A DNA stretch of 64,000 nucleotides from an uncultured Gemmatimonadales bacterium (GCA_963748815.1 CAVVKJ010000010.1:800001-864000); one strand, 5' to 3'. Counted from the stretch's first letter, positions 16,852-27,307 are shown. Made by a program: numbers and translations. The notes: generated from the letters alone by a model not told the origin.

Positions 16852-18588
16852 TCACCCCTTCAAGTCGAGGTCGATGCTCCGCGGCGCGGCCGCCCCCGAC
16901 TCATCCACCAGCCCGGTGTGCAGCGTCGGGATGCGGATTTCCCGCGTGGCGGGGAACATCTGGAAATAGGCCTGGATCGTTTCGTTGGTGCCGCTGAGGT
17001 ATACGATGTCGCCGTCGCGCACCTCGAAGGTCTCGTCGAAGTCCACGAGGATGCCCTCGCCACGCTCGACGGCCACGACGGAGCAGCCGGTGCGATCCCG
17101 GATCCAGTGCTTGAGCAGGGGTCGGCCCACGAAGTTGCCGGCCGCGGTCGCCACGATCTTGATCTTGCCCTCCAGCGACACTGCGGACTGCCCGAAGAGG
17201 TGATAGGAGAGCAGCTGCCCGGCCACCTGGCTCATCGACAGGGCGAAATCGGCCCCAGCGCGGTGAATCCGCGAGACGTTTTCCGCCTGACGCACCCCCG
17301 CCATGATCATCGCGTCGGGCGAGAGGCTCCGCATGACTGCCGTGGCGAAGAGCGTCGCGCTGTCGGAGTCGAGGGCCAGGATGATGCCCTGCAACCCGCC
17401 GACGCCGACCCGCTCCAGCACCCGGTTGTCGAGGTGGTCGCCGACGACATCCACGCCAGGCCCTTCCGCCGCCGCCAGGAGCCGCACGGCCTCCCCCGCG
17501 TCCCGGAGAAACTCCGCCACCTTGCGCCCGATATCAGTATTCCCCACCACCAGGAACGCGCCCTCGCGCGGCACCGGGGTCGCGAGGGCGCCGAGGCGGT
17601 CGATGGATGGGTGGCTGCCGATCGCGACGATGATGGTGCCGACGTCGAGCCGGCTGTCCAGCTTCGGCTGGGCGGACAGCACCCCGCCCACCCAGAGTCC
17701 AATGATGGTGGCGCCGGTCTGTTCCCGGATGCGGGCCTCGCCGATGGTCTTCCCGGCAAAGGGGCTGGCCGCGTGGACCCGGAGTTCGGCCACCTCGAGA
17801 TGCTCGCCGAGATGTCGCACGCCCGCGACGCGCGGACTGATCTTCATGCTGGCCCGCGCCGCGAGCGCGGCGGCGAGCACGTGGGTGGGCGTGAACGCCG
17901 TGGTGGCGCCGGCGCGCACCATCGGCGGCCGCCGGTTGGGGTCCTGCACCATGGCCACGATCTTCCCGGTGTACCCGTAGTACCGCGCGTTGAGCGTCAT
18001 GGCCGCGTTGTAGTTGTCTTCCCCGTTGAGCACCAGGCCGCGCGCGCCGACGAGGTTCGAGAGGTCCGGGTCCTCCTCCCGCAGGTTGCCGAAGACCACC
18101 TCGAGGCCGCGTTCGCGCAGCCGGCGCGCCGTGGGCTCGTCCTCCTCGAAGATGACGGCCTGGACCTCTTCGTGCGCCAGCAGGTCGAGGAGCGAGGTGA
18201 CCGCCGGACCGTACCGGTAGATCAGGACCCGCCCCGCCATCGGCGGCAGCACCCGCGGGAGGCGGGCCTCGAAGCGCTCCTCGAAAAACGGAATGAGGAA
18301 GACGGGGAAGACGAGGAAGATGAGCATCGTCCCCGCGAACTGCACCGCGACGACGTAGGCCACCATGAACGGGTTGGACCAGTGCATGTCCTTGCCGTAG
18401 CCGGTGGTCGTCAGGGTCTCCGCCGCCCATTCGATGCTGTCGCCCAGGGTCCTCGGCTGCCCCTCGAAGTAGAGCATGCCGAGCTGGTAGACCAGCCCCA
18501 GCACGACGAGCATCATCGGCAGGGAGAGGATGAGGAGCAGCAACCGGCGGTACGAACGCGGCAGGCTTCGGATTGCAAACGCCTTCAT
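16852..18588 (-). CDS. Potassium channel with tandem RCK (TrkA-N/TrkA-C) domains
   Basis: Two TMs flanking the TLTTTGYGKD filter, then two RCK_N/RCK_C sets (VRAGAT, REQTGATIIGL, HRAGADFALS, RDRTGCSVVAVER). Confidence 0.9.
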   Translation of the reverse strand: MKAFAIRSLPRSYRRLLLLILSLPMMLVVLGLVYQLGMLYFEGQPRTLGDSIEWAAETLTTTGYGKDMHWSNPFMVAYVVAVQFAGTMLIFLVFPVFLIPFFEERFEARLPRVLPPMAGRVLIYRYGPAVTSLLDLLAHEEVQAVIFEEDEPTARRLRERGLEVVFGNLREEDPDLSNLVGARGLVLNGEDNYNAAMTLNARYYGYTGKIVAMVQDPNRRPPMVRAGATTAFTPTHVLAAALAARASMKISPRVAGVRHLGEHLEVAELRVHAASPFAGKTIGEARIREQTGATIIGLWVGGVLSAQPKLDSRLDVGTIIVAIGSHPSIDRLGALATPVPREGAFLVVGNTDIGRKVAEFLRDAGEAVRLLAAAEGPGVDVVGDHLDNRVLERVGVGGLQGIILALDSDSATLFATAVMRSLSPDAMIMAGVRQAENVSRIHRAGADFALSMSQVAGQLLSYHLFGQSAVSLEGKIKIVATAAGNFVGRPLLKHWIRDRTGCSVVAVERGEGILVDFDETFEVRDGDIVYLSGTNETIQAYFQMFPATREIRIPTLHTGLVDESGAAAPRSIDLDLKG

Positions 18589-19389
18589 GCGTCGAGCTCT
18601 GGGGCGCCGGGTGGGAACGCGCCGGCGCGCCGGGCGTACCAGGCGATGCCGGGCTGGGCCGAGAAGCCGTGCAGCAAGACGCTCAGCAGGACGGTGGCCA
18701 GCACGGCGCCCTGGATGGTGGTGTCGCCGGAGGTCCGGAGCTCCCGTTCCACGAACACCAGGCCCAGCACGATGGACGCCAGCCCCCGCGGCCCGAACCA
18801 CCCCATGAAGAGCGTCGTGGAGCGATCCAGCCCCGCCCCGGACATGGCCAGGGCCACCGGCAGCATCCGCACGACGGTCAGGCTCAGCAGTCCGTACACG
18901 AAGAACCTCGGCGTGAGGTCGGTGAGGACCCCGCCGACCGTCAGCCCAAACAGGAAGCACACCGCCAGGTTCAACAACTGGCCCGACTGTTCCGCAAACT
19001 CGGCGGCGTGCTTCCCGGCGGGAGGAAAGAGGAGACGCGCCGCGAGGCCGGCGGCGAAGGCGGCGATGAATATGCTGGCGCCCAGGGGTTCCGCGAGCGG
19101 TCAGGAGCATGCCGGGGCCGAGGAGCCGGGCCGGCAGGTCGCGCAGCGCGCGGAGGTGGACGAGATCGGTTCGGGTGGCGTCGGTAAAGAGCAGGAGCAC
19201 GAGCCCCGCCTCCGCCACCCAGAGGTAGTGACTCAGCCGGAAGTCCGGATCGATGAGCTGCGGCAGCAGCAGCGGCGCCAGCACCCCGACCAGCGTGAAC
19301 GCGATCGGCGCAGTGGCGACGCGCTCCACCCACCTGGACACGAGCGCGTACCCGAACACCAGCACGGCGAAGGCGAGCAGAAAGGTCAT
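18585..19389 (-). pseudogene. Cation:proton antiporter (CPA1/NhaP-like), internally deleted and frameshifted
   Basis: N-terminal LLLFTDA...PARLLGPGMLLT joins out of frame to IFIAAFAAGL...VVRMLPV...WFGPRGLASIV; only ~268 codons versus ~400 usual for the family. Confidence 0.7.
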
Positions 19390-19849
19390 GGGGAGTCCTG
19401 CCCCTGCCCGCTGCCGCATCTTTGGCCGTACGACAATCATCCGGTTGAGCACGGCGAACAGAAACGCCGTCGACCACCCCGCCATGAGGATGCCGGTGAG
19501 TCCCTCGAACGCGGCCATCTCCTTCCACCGCTGCCGGGAGCACGACGTCGCCAAAACCCACGGTGGTGTAGGTGATGCCGCTGAAGTAGAAGGCCTGGTC
19601 GAAATTCGGAAGCGCACCGACCACGACATACGCGCCGGCCCAGGCCCCGATCTCGGCGAGGTGGGCGAACACGATCGGCACCGCGATGAAGATGAGGAGG
19701 CGCACGCCGGCGCCGTACGTGGGGGTGGCCTGCAACTCCAGCGCAGCATACCACTGATTGAGCCGGCCGATCACCAGGGCGTGGATGACGATCGACAGCA
19801 GGAGCAGCCCGACCGACAGCAGGATGGGGCTCGACGCCAGCGCCCTCAC
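19390..19849 (-). CDS. Small two-TM potassium channel (Ion_trans_2), frameshift near 19535
   Basis: HLAEIGAWA, FYFSGITYTTVGFGDVVL, then EGLTGILMAGWSTAFLF in another frame; 3' end uncertain. Confidence 0.8.
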
Positions 19850-20217
19850 CGGTCGCCGCTCCGGGGCGGAGTCGGCGCAGTGAACGTCGGATCGACGACG
19901 TTGCCGGTGTTCCGCACGCCGGCGGGCTCGAAGAGCAGCACCGAGGCCTCGACATCGGCCGCCGTGCGATGCTCCACGCCGCGGGGCACGATCAGGAATT
20001 CCCCGGGCCCGAGCGTCACCACCCGGTCCCGAAACTCGACGCGAAAGGTGCCCTCGACCCCCAGGAAGAGCTCATCGGCGTCCTCGTGGTGGTGCCACGG
20101 AAAGGTGCCGCAGAACTTGGCGAGCTTCACTTCCTGGCCGTTCAGGGTGCCGACCACCTGCGGGCGCCAGTGTTCGGCGATCGCCGCCAGTTCCTTCGCG
20201 AGAACCACCTTGTGCAT
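19846..20217 (-). CDS. Cupin domain protein
   Basis: EHWRPQVV, FPWHHHEDADELF, IVPRGVEH, FEPAGVRNTG. Confidence 0.9.
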   Translation of the reverse strand: MHKVVLAKELAAIAEHWRPQVVGTLNGQEVKLAKFCGTFPWHHHEDADELFLGVEGTFRVEFRDRVVTLGPGEFLIVPRGVEHRTAADVEASVLLFEPAGVRNTGNVVDPTFTAPTPPRSGDR

Positions 20218-20260
20218 CCCACTTCCCTTCCCCAAACCTGCGTGGTGGCGCCATTCCGGC

Positions 20261-21862
20261 TCACGGTCGCGAGGCGGTGACTTCGATGTCCGCCGACGCC
20301 GCCGCACGGTCCAGGCGCGCCTGCACCTTGGCCGCGCCTGCGGCATCTCCCTCGGCCAGGAGGCTGTTCCGAAGCCCAGCCAGCCCCCAGACGTTTTCCG
20401 GATAGAGTGTCAGGTTCTGCTCGTACACCTGCCGGGCCTCGGCGGGCCGGCCCGCGACCAGGAGCGCCTGGCCAAGTGACGCGCGCACCGGGTGATACCA
20501 GAATGGCGGCTCATTGTAGAGAATGCCATCCTCCAGCGTTGCGGCCGCCTCGAAATGGGTGACCGCCTCGCTCGCGTTGCCTTGGCGGAGCGCGAGCTCC
20601 CCCTGCAGCGCGTGGACGGCGATCTCGAGGATCGTGCGTCCCTCGCCCTCGGGGAGCGTGACGACCTCCCCGCGCAGTTCGGCCAGTTGCCATTCCCCCT
20701 CGGCGAACCGCCCCTTGGCGGCATACGCGACGCCCCGCGCATAGTGCACCAGACCCTTGGCCACGGGAAGTCCGGCCGGTGGCATGGGCTGGGCCAGGAC
20801 CTCCGTCCACTGCCCGAACGTGACAAGCGAGAGTGTGTAATAGGGGATCATGGACTGCATGAACATCACCTCCCGCGCGATCTCCACGGAGACCTTGCCC
20901 GACAGCTGCTCGGCCGCCGCCAGGGCGATGGCACGCTGGCCCGACATCGTGGCGGCGAAGGAGAGGAAGTGATAATTGTGCGGATAATACCCCATCGCGT
21001 AGATGCCGGTCGGCCGCTGGTCCTGGATGAACATTTCGTCGACGTGCACGGCGTGCTGGTTGGCCGTGACGGCATCCGCAAACCGCCCCACCCGAATGTA
21101 GATGTGCGCGGGCATATGGACGATGTGCCCCGCCCCGGGCATCAGCCCGGCGAGCCGCTCCGCGCACGGCACCGCCTTCTCCGGTTCCGCAGCCTCCACG
21201 GCGTGGATGTAGAGGTGACAGGCGCCGGGGTGCTCGGGAAGCTCGGCGATCACTTCCTCCAGCAACGCGAGGATGCCCGGCGTCGCCGGTCGCGGCTCCC
21301 CGGCCGGTGTCCAGTAGAACCACGGGCTCAGGTTCATCAGGGCGTCGGCGGCGAGGGCAGCGGCGTCGGGATCGTCGGGCCAGGCAGCCGCAACCGCCAG
21401 CATCGCCTCCGCGTAGGCGGTGTCCTGCGCGGCGCGTGGGGTCGCGGGCGGGTCCGTGTACCGGACCTGGATCGCGTCGATGTAGGCCCGTTCCCGCGCC
21501 GTGGTGCCCGCGGCCAGCCGAAGCGCCTCGCGCGACGCCTCCCAGGCCGATGCGCCGCCGGTCGAGTCCATCGCGGCGTTGATGTTCGGGCCGGATGCGA
21601 AGGCAATCCCCCACCAGCACATCGCGCACCCTGGATCCGCCGCAAGGGCCGCCCGGAACGATCGGATCGCCTCGGGGTGGTTGAAGGCGTACGTCAGGCG
21701 CATCCCCTGGTCGAAATACGCTTGCGCACGGGGGGACGCCGTGGTGATCGGGACGTGGAGTGAGCCTAGGTCGGCGTAGAGCGGGACGGAGTCGGCGTGG
21801 GAGGGTGCGATCACCATCGAGAGGAGCAGCGGAAGGGTCGGCGCCATCATCAAGGCCTCCAT
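20261..21862 (-). CDS. Exported TPR-repeat protein
   Basis: AQAYFDQGMRLTYAFNHPEA, HPGACHLYIHAVE, GHIVHMPAHIY, YNEPPFW. Confidence 0.85.
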   Translation of the reverse strand: MEALMMAPTLPLLLSMVIAPSHADSVPLYADLGSLHVPITTASPRAQAYFDQGMRLTYAFNHPEAIRSFRAALAADPGCAMCWWGIAFASGPNINAAMDSTGGASAWEASREALRLAAGTTARERAYIDAIQVRYTDPPATPRAAQDTAYAEAMLAVAAAWPDDPDAAALAADALMNLSPWFYWTPAGEPRPATPGILALLEEVIAELPEHPGACHLYIHAVEAAEPEKAVPCAERLAGLMPGAGHIVHMPAHIYIRVGRFADAVTANQHAVHVDEMFIQDQRPTGIYAMGYYPHNYHFLSFAATMSGQRAIALAAAEQLSGKVSVEIAREVMFMQSMIPYYTLSLVTFGQWTEVLAQPMPPAGLPVAKGLVHYARGVAYAAKGRFAEGEWQLAELRGEVVTLPEGEGRTILEIAVHALQGELALRQGNASEAVTHFEAAATLEDGILYNEPPFWYHPVRASLGQALLVAGRPAEARQVYEQNLTLYPENVWGLAGLRNSLLAEGDAAGAAKVQARLDRAAASADIEVTASRP

Positions 21863-21922
21863 GCTTCGCGGGGTGAGCGAGAAATCTGGCAGGGTCTGCC
21901 GGGCTGTCAATCGGCGGCGGGG

Positions 21923-22060
21923 CTATCTCCCTCCCCGTCCCACCGCGCTTGGCTGCACGATCAGGACCGCCACATACGCGGCCAGCAGGACGACCGCGAG
22001 GATGAGGAGCACCCGTTGCCACGTCAGCGCGGACACCGGGGGCAGCCGGAGGGGGGTCAC
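21923..22060 (-). CDS. Putative 45-aa single-TM small protein
   Basis: GTG start 1 nt after the upstream stop; VTPLRLPPVSALTWQRVLLILAVVLLAAYVAVLIVQPSAVGRGGR; below the ORF-track length cutoff. Confidence 0.45.
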   Translation of the reverse strand: MTPLRLPPVSALTWQRVLLILAVVLLAAYVAVLIVQPSAVGRGGR

Positions 22061-22061
22061 C

Positions 22062-22307
22062 CTAGCGCCCCTCTCCACGACTTCGCTTGGTTCGGACCTG
22101 CAGCAGCCCCACGGCGATCAATGCGACCGAGGGCCAGAAGGTAAGGAAAGCCAACAGCCCCGGCCCGATTGGATTGGGGTTCGGATCGGGCCAGAGGCCA
22201 ACCGCTGCGGCAAGGATGATGAGGAGCAGCGGGCCGGAACCCACCGCGAAGAGGATGAGGCCCCAGCGAACGAGCCGGTTGGCGAGGTAGGGAGCCCCGG
22301 TGCTCAT
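22062..22307 (-). CDS. Small two-TM membrane protein
   Basis: GSGPLLLII...PDPNPNPIGPGLLAFLTFWPS; ATGA overlap with the upstream gene. Confidence 0.75.
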   Translation of the reverse strand: MSTGAPYLANRLVRWGLILFAVGSGPLLLIILAAAVGLWPDPNPNPIGPGLLAFLTFWPSVALIAVGLLQVRTKRSRGEGR

Positions 22308-22576
22308 TCCACCTCCGCCAACTCAATCTCGAGTCCGCCAAACCGGTGGGCAAGGGCGTTGAATAGCCCGCATCCGAGCGCGGTCGAGGCAAACCCGAAC
22401 CCGGAGAAGAGGAGCGGTTCGAGCAGGATGACACCGGGACTGAAGCCGACCCCTTCAGGGGACACGACGAAGCCGAGGTAGAGAAACGGGAGGGCCAGGA
22501 GGCCGAGCACGAAGTAGAGCAGAGCGATGACGCGGGCGGCGCAGAGCGGATCGACCCGCACGAGACGTTGCCTCAT
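22304..22576 (-). CDS. Small membrane protein (DUF3566-like)
   Basis: RVDPLCAARVIALLY...FNALAHRFGGLEIEL. Confidence 0.7.
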   Translation of the reverse strand: MRQRLVRVDPLCAARVIALLYFVLGLLALPFLYLGFVVSPEGVGFSPGVILLEPLLFSGFGFASTALGCGLFNALAHRFGGLEIELAEVE

Positions 22577-22756
22577 GAGACCTCGGGCAGCCAGTGGGGG
22601 ACTGGAATGAGGTAGCGGTGCAACTTATCGCCAGGGGGCGGTTCGGGCGAGGGGTGGGGACGGTCATCCCATCGTCACCGAATTGTCATCGAGGTGCCAA
22701 CGCTCCTGTGAGGTGGACGTGCCATCGTGGAAGCACCTCTGACCAGGAGTGCGCCC

Positions 22757-23457
22757 ATGTTCGAGATCCTTCCCGCCTCCGCCGCCGGCCGCGAGGCCAC
22801 CACCGGCCACGCCCTCGTCTCGATCACCGCCCACGCGGGCCTCATCGTGGCCGCCGCGCTGCTCACCGCGCAGGTGGCCGGCACGCCCTCGGTCCGTGCA
22901 CCCGTCGAACCCCTCGTCTATATCCCATCCCAATCCGGATCGACGCGTCGGCCCCGATGCCGCCGTCCCTCGGCGCCACCGATGGCCTGGCGCCTCCCGG
23001 TCCGGTCGAGGCGATGATTCCGGCACCGATCGAGGTGCCGGTCGGCGTGGCAGGTACCCCCGGGCTCCCGCCCTCGGGGGCCACCTCCGTCGGGGCCTCT
23101 CCGACAAGTGGGTCGGTGTCAGGCTGGCTGAGTGGACCCGGGCCCTCCGGCGCCTGGCGCGCCGCGGACGTGGATGACCCGGTCAGTGTGCTCGAAGCGG
23201 GGCGGCTGGTCTTTCCCCCTGTGCTGGAGCGCGCAGGAATCACGGGCAGCGTGGTCCTCGAGTTTGTGGTGGATACCCTGGGGCGGGTGGAGGCGTCGAG
23301 CCTGAAGGTGATTTCGGCATCACACCCGGGGTTCGAGGCAGCGGCACTCGAGGCCGCGCTCGAGACGAGGTACCGGGCGGCACGTGCCGGGGGAGCACCG
23401 GTGCGACAGCTGGTGCGGCAGAAGATGGGCTTCGTGGGGCGGACGGCGGGGCGCTAG
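22757..23457 (+). CDS. TonB family protein (frameshift near 22930)
   Basis: AGGAG RBS, SITAHAGL TM motif, Pro-rich linker, FPPVLERAGITGSVVLEFVVDTLGRVE...PVRQLVRQ. Confidence 0.85.
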
Positions 23458-24221
23458 TACCTGGCGTCGGCCTCCTGCGCCACCGATTTCAGCATCCACA
23501 CCGTCGCGGCCGGCACGTTGAGCGCCGCGCCGTCCATGAAGGCGAACTCCGAAAGCCCGCGCGGGTCGTGCCCCGTGAGCTTGCCGTAAATGGCGATGGC
23601 GGCCAGGTAGCTGCCGAGGGGCGAGGGATGAAAGTTGTCGGGGCCGTAGAGCCCCACCTGGCCGTCGCGCTGCAGCGCCAGCTGCCAGGCGACTCCCGCC
23701 GGCAGGAAGAGGCCATCGACGGCGTCAGCCGCCTCCTGGTAGGCGATGCGCACCGACTCGAACCCCTGCGCCGAGCCCCCCTGCGGCCAGACCATGAAGA
23801 GGGCGGTCCGTGCCCCAGTGGGGCGGATGATGGAATCGAACATCCGGGTCCAGAGCACCAGCGAGTCGCGATTGATGGGGAGGGTGGTCGGTCCCTGCTG
23901 CAGCACGACGAAGTCCCATCCGCCCCTGCGAATGGCCTCCTCGGCGCCGCTGTGTTCGGTCAGGTGGTCGATCAGGGCGTAGTTGGGTTTGGCGATCATC
24001 TCGACGTACAACGTGTCGCCCCCGGTCAGCGCGACGCCCTTCAGCGTGCCGGGGAGATTGTTGTAGTAGGTGAGGCTGTTGCCGATGAAGAGCACCCGGA
24101 GCGACACCGGGTGCGTGGGCACGGGGGCCGATGCGGGGGCACCGGTGTCCTGGCAGGCCGCGGTGCCGACCAGCGTGCCAATGGCGAGGGCCGCCAGCAT
24201 GGAGGAACGCCAACTGGTCAT
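23454..24221 (-). CDS. SGNH/GDSL hydrolase-family lipoprotein
   Basis: FIGNSLTYYN, WDFVVLQQ, DNFHPSPLGSY; TAAC lipobox-like. Confidence 0.85.
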   Translation of the reverse strand: MTSWRSSMLAALAIGTLVGTAACQDTGAPASAPVPTHPVSLRVLFIGNSLTYYNNLPGTLKGVALTGGDTLYVEMIAKPNYALIDHLTEHSGAEEAIRRGGWDFVVLQQGPTTLPINRDSLVLWTRMFDSIIRPTGARTALFMVWPQGGSAQGFESVRIAYQEAADAVDGLFLPAGVAWQLALQRDGQVGLYGPDNFHPSPLGSYLAAIAIYGKLTGHDPRGLSEFAFMDGAALNVPAATVWMLKSVAQEADARY

Positions 24222-24246
24222 CGTCCCCCCTGAAGAGTGCGGTATG

Positions 24247-24642
24247 CTATCGGAAGAGACCGCGGATTCCGGCGGCCCATCTCGGCGCCACGACGGTGGC
24301 CATCAGCACGAGGCTCCAGACCCTTCCCTGCCGGACGTCGTAGTCGGCCAGGAGTTTCGACCAGGGATGGTGGAAAAGGTAGTGCCCGGCCACAAACTCA
24401 AAGACGACGGTGGTGAGCAGCCAGCACACACCGACCGCCCAAGCCTCACCCGGCGTGGCTGGGCCGATCCAGCGCACGGTGAGCCAGGCGACGAGCAGGA
24501 TGATGAGGGAGAGGGTGACGCTGCTGATCACGTGGCCGCCGTACGCTCCGACGCTCGGCACGAGGAGAAACTGTCGGAACGACCCGTTGGCGATGGCCGC
24601 GAGCATCAGCCCCAGCCAGACGAGCAGGGCGCGGCGCGTCAT
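24247..24642 (-). CDS. Conserved four-TM membrane protein
   Basis: AIANGSFR, FEFVAGHY, LLADYDVRQGRVW. Confidence 0.75.
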   Translation of the reverse strand: MTRRALLVWLGLMLAAIANGSFRQFLLVPSVGAYGGHVISSVTLSLIILLVAWLTVRWIGPATPGEAWAVGVCWLLTTVVFEFVAGHYLFHHPWSKLLADYDVRQGRVWSLVLMATVVAPRWAAGIRGLFR

Positions 24643-25133
24643 TGCGACGCCGCCCACAGCCGCTTGAGGAGCTGGATCTGCCCGGTGTGATAGGCCTCAT
24701 GCTGGCCCGCGCCGAGGATCGTCTCACCGACGGTCCATTTTCGGTTGCCGACGGGTCGGCGGCCCAACGAGCGCGGATCGATGGCACGGATCGTCGCCGC
24801 GACCTCGCGGTGCGTGGCGCGGACCAGCGCGCGATCCCGCTTCCAGTCGCCGTCGGTGGGGTGGAGAGGCACCGCCGGCCAATCGGCAGGGCTGCGCGGA
24901 AACGGGACGCGTTCGCCGCCCCGAAGCCGCTGCACGATGATGTGATGCCAGTATCCGATGTGGAGCGCGAGCTCCCAGATCGAAGGGCGGCCGACGGCGG
25001 GGCGCCAGGCGGCCGCCTCGATCGACACGCCGCGCAACGCGCCGACGATCGTGGGCCCGCCATGCCAGGCGCCGCGGCCTGGCCGCGGCGCCACGCCTTC
25101 CGCAAGGAGTCGCGCAAGCCGGCCGTCCGTCAT
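24639..25133 (-). CDS. DinB family protein
   Basis: AWHGGP, SIWELALHIGYW, HEAYHTGQIQLLKR. Confidence 0.9.
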   Translation of the reverse strand: MTDGRLARLLAEGVAPRPGRGAWHGGPTIVGALRGVSIEAAAWRPAVGRPSIWELALHIGYWHHIIVQRLRGGERVPFPRSPADWPAVPLHPTDGDWKRDRALVRATHREVAATIRAIDPRSLGRRPVGNRKWTVGETILGAGQHEAYHTGQIQLLKRLWAASQ

Positions 25134-25654
25134 GCCGTGCCCCCCGCCCCCACCACCCCGCTCCGCCGCTCGAAGAGCAGCACGTCCCGCCACCGGCCGT
25201 TCATCTGTCCCAGCCGTTCCCGGCGGCCGACGAGCCGATACCCGGCCCGCTCGTGCAGGGTGACGCTGGCAGTGTTCTCGGGGAAGATCCCGGCCTGCAG
25301 GGTCCAGATGCCATTCGCCTCGGAGGCAGCCGTCAGCCCTTCGAGGAGCGCCAAACCGACTCCCTTCCCGCGGGCCGCGGCGGCCACGTAGACCTGCACC
25401 TCCGCCACCCCCCCGTACACGCACCGGTCCGACACCGAACTCAACGCGGCCCAGCCGAGGACGCTGTCTCCCTCGACGGCAACGAGGCGCGAGTGGGGCA
25501 GGTGGCCCCTGTCCCACGCCTCCCAACTCGGCGCGTCGGTGTTGAAGGTGGCGTTCCCGGTGGCGATGCCTTCGCGGTAGATCTGGGCGACGGCGGGGTA
25601 GTCGGCGGGAGTCATGGCCCGAATTCCAGGGCCGACGGCGCGTACGGCGTTCAC
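25130..25654 (-). CDS. GNAT acetyltransferase (phosphinothricin acetyltransferase/YncA-like)
   Basis: IYREGIATGNATF, RGKGVG, WTLQAGIFPENTASVTLH, GRWRDV. Confidence 0.9.
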   Translation of the reverse strand: MNAVRAVGPGIRAMTPADYPAVAQIYREGIATGNATFNTDAPSWEAWDRGHLPHSRLVAVEGDSVLGWAALSSVSDRCVYGGVAEVQVYVAAAARGKGVGLALLEGLTAASEANGIWTLQAGIFPENTASVTLHERAGYRLVGRRERLGQMNGRWRDVLLFERRSGVVGAGGTA

Positions 25655-25671
25655 CTCATCCCCTGGTCAAG

Positions 25672-26096
25672 TCAGGCGCCATACCGCGCCACCAGTGCGG
25701 CCCCGACCCCAAGGAGGAACGCGAGCGGGGAGTAGTACCGCGTGTCCATGCGGGCGAAGGCGGTGCCGCGTACCCGCTTGAAGAAGCCGACATACCGGAA
25801 CTCGCCGATGGCGCGGAGGATGAACGCGGCCGAGAGCACCCAGCAGCCGGGCACCACCAGCGCGGTGGGAATCAGGTCGCGGCCGAGCCCGACGCGCTGG
25901 GTGACGAGCAGCGCCGCCACGAAGAGCAGTCCGGCCACGGCAAAGGTCGAGGCCGGTCCGGGCCGAAAGATCGGCGCCCCATCTCCCGTTCGGGGACGGC
26001 GCTCCCCCGCCCCACCTGGATCCCGACCGCCCAGGCGACGTGGAGGAGGCTCAGCACGCAGAAGACCAGTGCCATGCCGAAGGCCAGGAGCGTCAT
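25672..26096 (-). CDS. DUF3995 family membrane protein (frameshift near 25985)
   Basis: LLHVAWAVG...AVP then LRAIGEFRYVGFFKRVRGTAFARMDTRYYSPL. Confidence 0.8.
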
Positions 26097-27307
26097 CCGC
26101 CTCCTCCCGCCCCGCCGCCCCCCTGCCCCGCGGCCCCGCCTTCCGTCACCTCCGGGTCCTCGACCGACAGCCGCTGCACCTGCCGCGCCCGCATCATCTT
26201 GATGAAGGGAACGCTGAAGACCGGGTCGAAGTCGGTCCCCGACTTCTCCTCGATGTAGGTGAGCGCCTTTTCCGACGACCAGGCCTCGCGATAGGGGCGG
26301 TTGGTGCAGAGGGCGTCGTAGACGTCACAGACGTGGACCAGGCGGCTGGCGTAGTGGGTGTCGCGGACGAAGTGAAACGACGGATACCCGCCGCCGTTCA
26401 GCATGATGTGATGCTCGTAGGCGACCACCGCGGGCACCTCGAGGCGCACGTCGCGCTCGAGGATCAGCTTGGCGCCCTCCTTCGGGTGCGCCTTCATGAT
26501 GGCGAACTCCTCGTCGGTGAAGCCGCCCGGCTTGATGAGGATTTCGCGCGGGATCTTGACCTTGCCGAGGTCGTGCAGCAGCCCCGACACGCCGAGCACC
26601 CGCAGCTCGCGCCCGCTGAACCCCAGGTACTCGCCGATGGCCATGGCGAGCACCGAGACGTTGGTGGAGTGCGTCGTGGTGTACTGGTCGAACTCCTTGA
26701 GCTGCAGCAGCGGCAGGATGATCTCCGACTGGCTGTGCATGGCGATGGCCAGGGAGCGCACCACCGTCTCCGCCTCGAGGAGGGGGAGCTCCCCGGTGCT
26801 CTGCACGTGGTTGTGCATCCACTGAATCGCCTCGACGTCGTCGCGCAGCGAGTAGGCGATCGTGGCCGTCGCCAGCGTCTCCCGCACCCCCTCGAGGGAA
26901 TCGCCGGTGTCGAGCGCCAGGGTGCCGTAGCGAATGCCGGTGGCGCGCAGGTGGCGCACCTCCGCGGTGTCCATCGCCTCGCCGCGGCTGCGCTGGAAGG
27001 TGTCGCGCAGGAACTGCTCGTAGTCGTCCCGCGTCACGGTGGTGTCGATCTCGAGCCGCTCGATGCCCAGCCCCGCCAGGCGCGTCGCCCAGTCCCACTC
27101 CTTCAGTTCGCGGACGACCCGGCGCTCAAAGACGACGTCGCCCCCGATGAAGGAGAACTTGAGCCGTTCGGTGTCGGTCAGGATGTCCCGGAGCTCCTGG
27201 AACGACTCGTCGAGCGCGCGCTCCCGCGCTGGGTGGCCCTGGTTGTAGAGCCCCATGGTGGCCATGACCTGGCCCAGCGACGTGAGGAACTTGACGGGGC
27301 TGCTCAT
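26093..27307 (-). CDS. HD-GYP domain protein
   Basis: DQYTTTHSTNV, LLHDLGK, HPKEGA, EHHIMLNGGGYP, DVYDALCTNRPYR, FDP. Confidence 0.9.
   Translation of the reverse strand: MSSPVKFLTSLGQVMATMGLYNQGHPARERALDESFQELRDILTDTERLKFSFIGGDVVFERRVVRELKEWDWATRLAGLGIERLEIDTTVTRDDYEQFLRDTFQRSRGEAMDTAEVRHLRATGIRYGTLALDTGDSLEGVRETLATATIAYSLRDDVEAIQWMHNHVQSTGELPLLEAETVVRSLAIAMHSQSEIILPLLQLKEFDQYTTTHSTNVSVLAMAIGEYLGFSGRELRVLGVSGLLHDLGKVKIPREILIKPGGFTDEEFAIMKAHPKEGAKLILERDVRLEVPAVVAYEHHIMLNGGGYPSFHFVRDTHYASRLVHVCDVYDALCTNRPYREAWSSEKALTYIEEKSGTDFDPVFSVPFIKMMRARQVQRLSVEDPEVTEGGAAGQGGGGAGGGG

Noticed and set aside
16852..19749. 965-aa ORF as a single giant channel protein
   Set aside because: It strings together parts of three genes through frameshifts, with off-frame sequence between them
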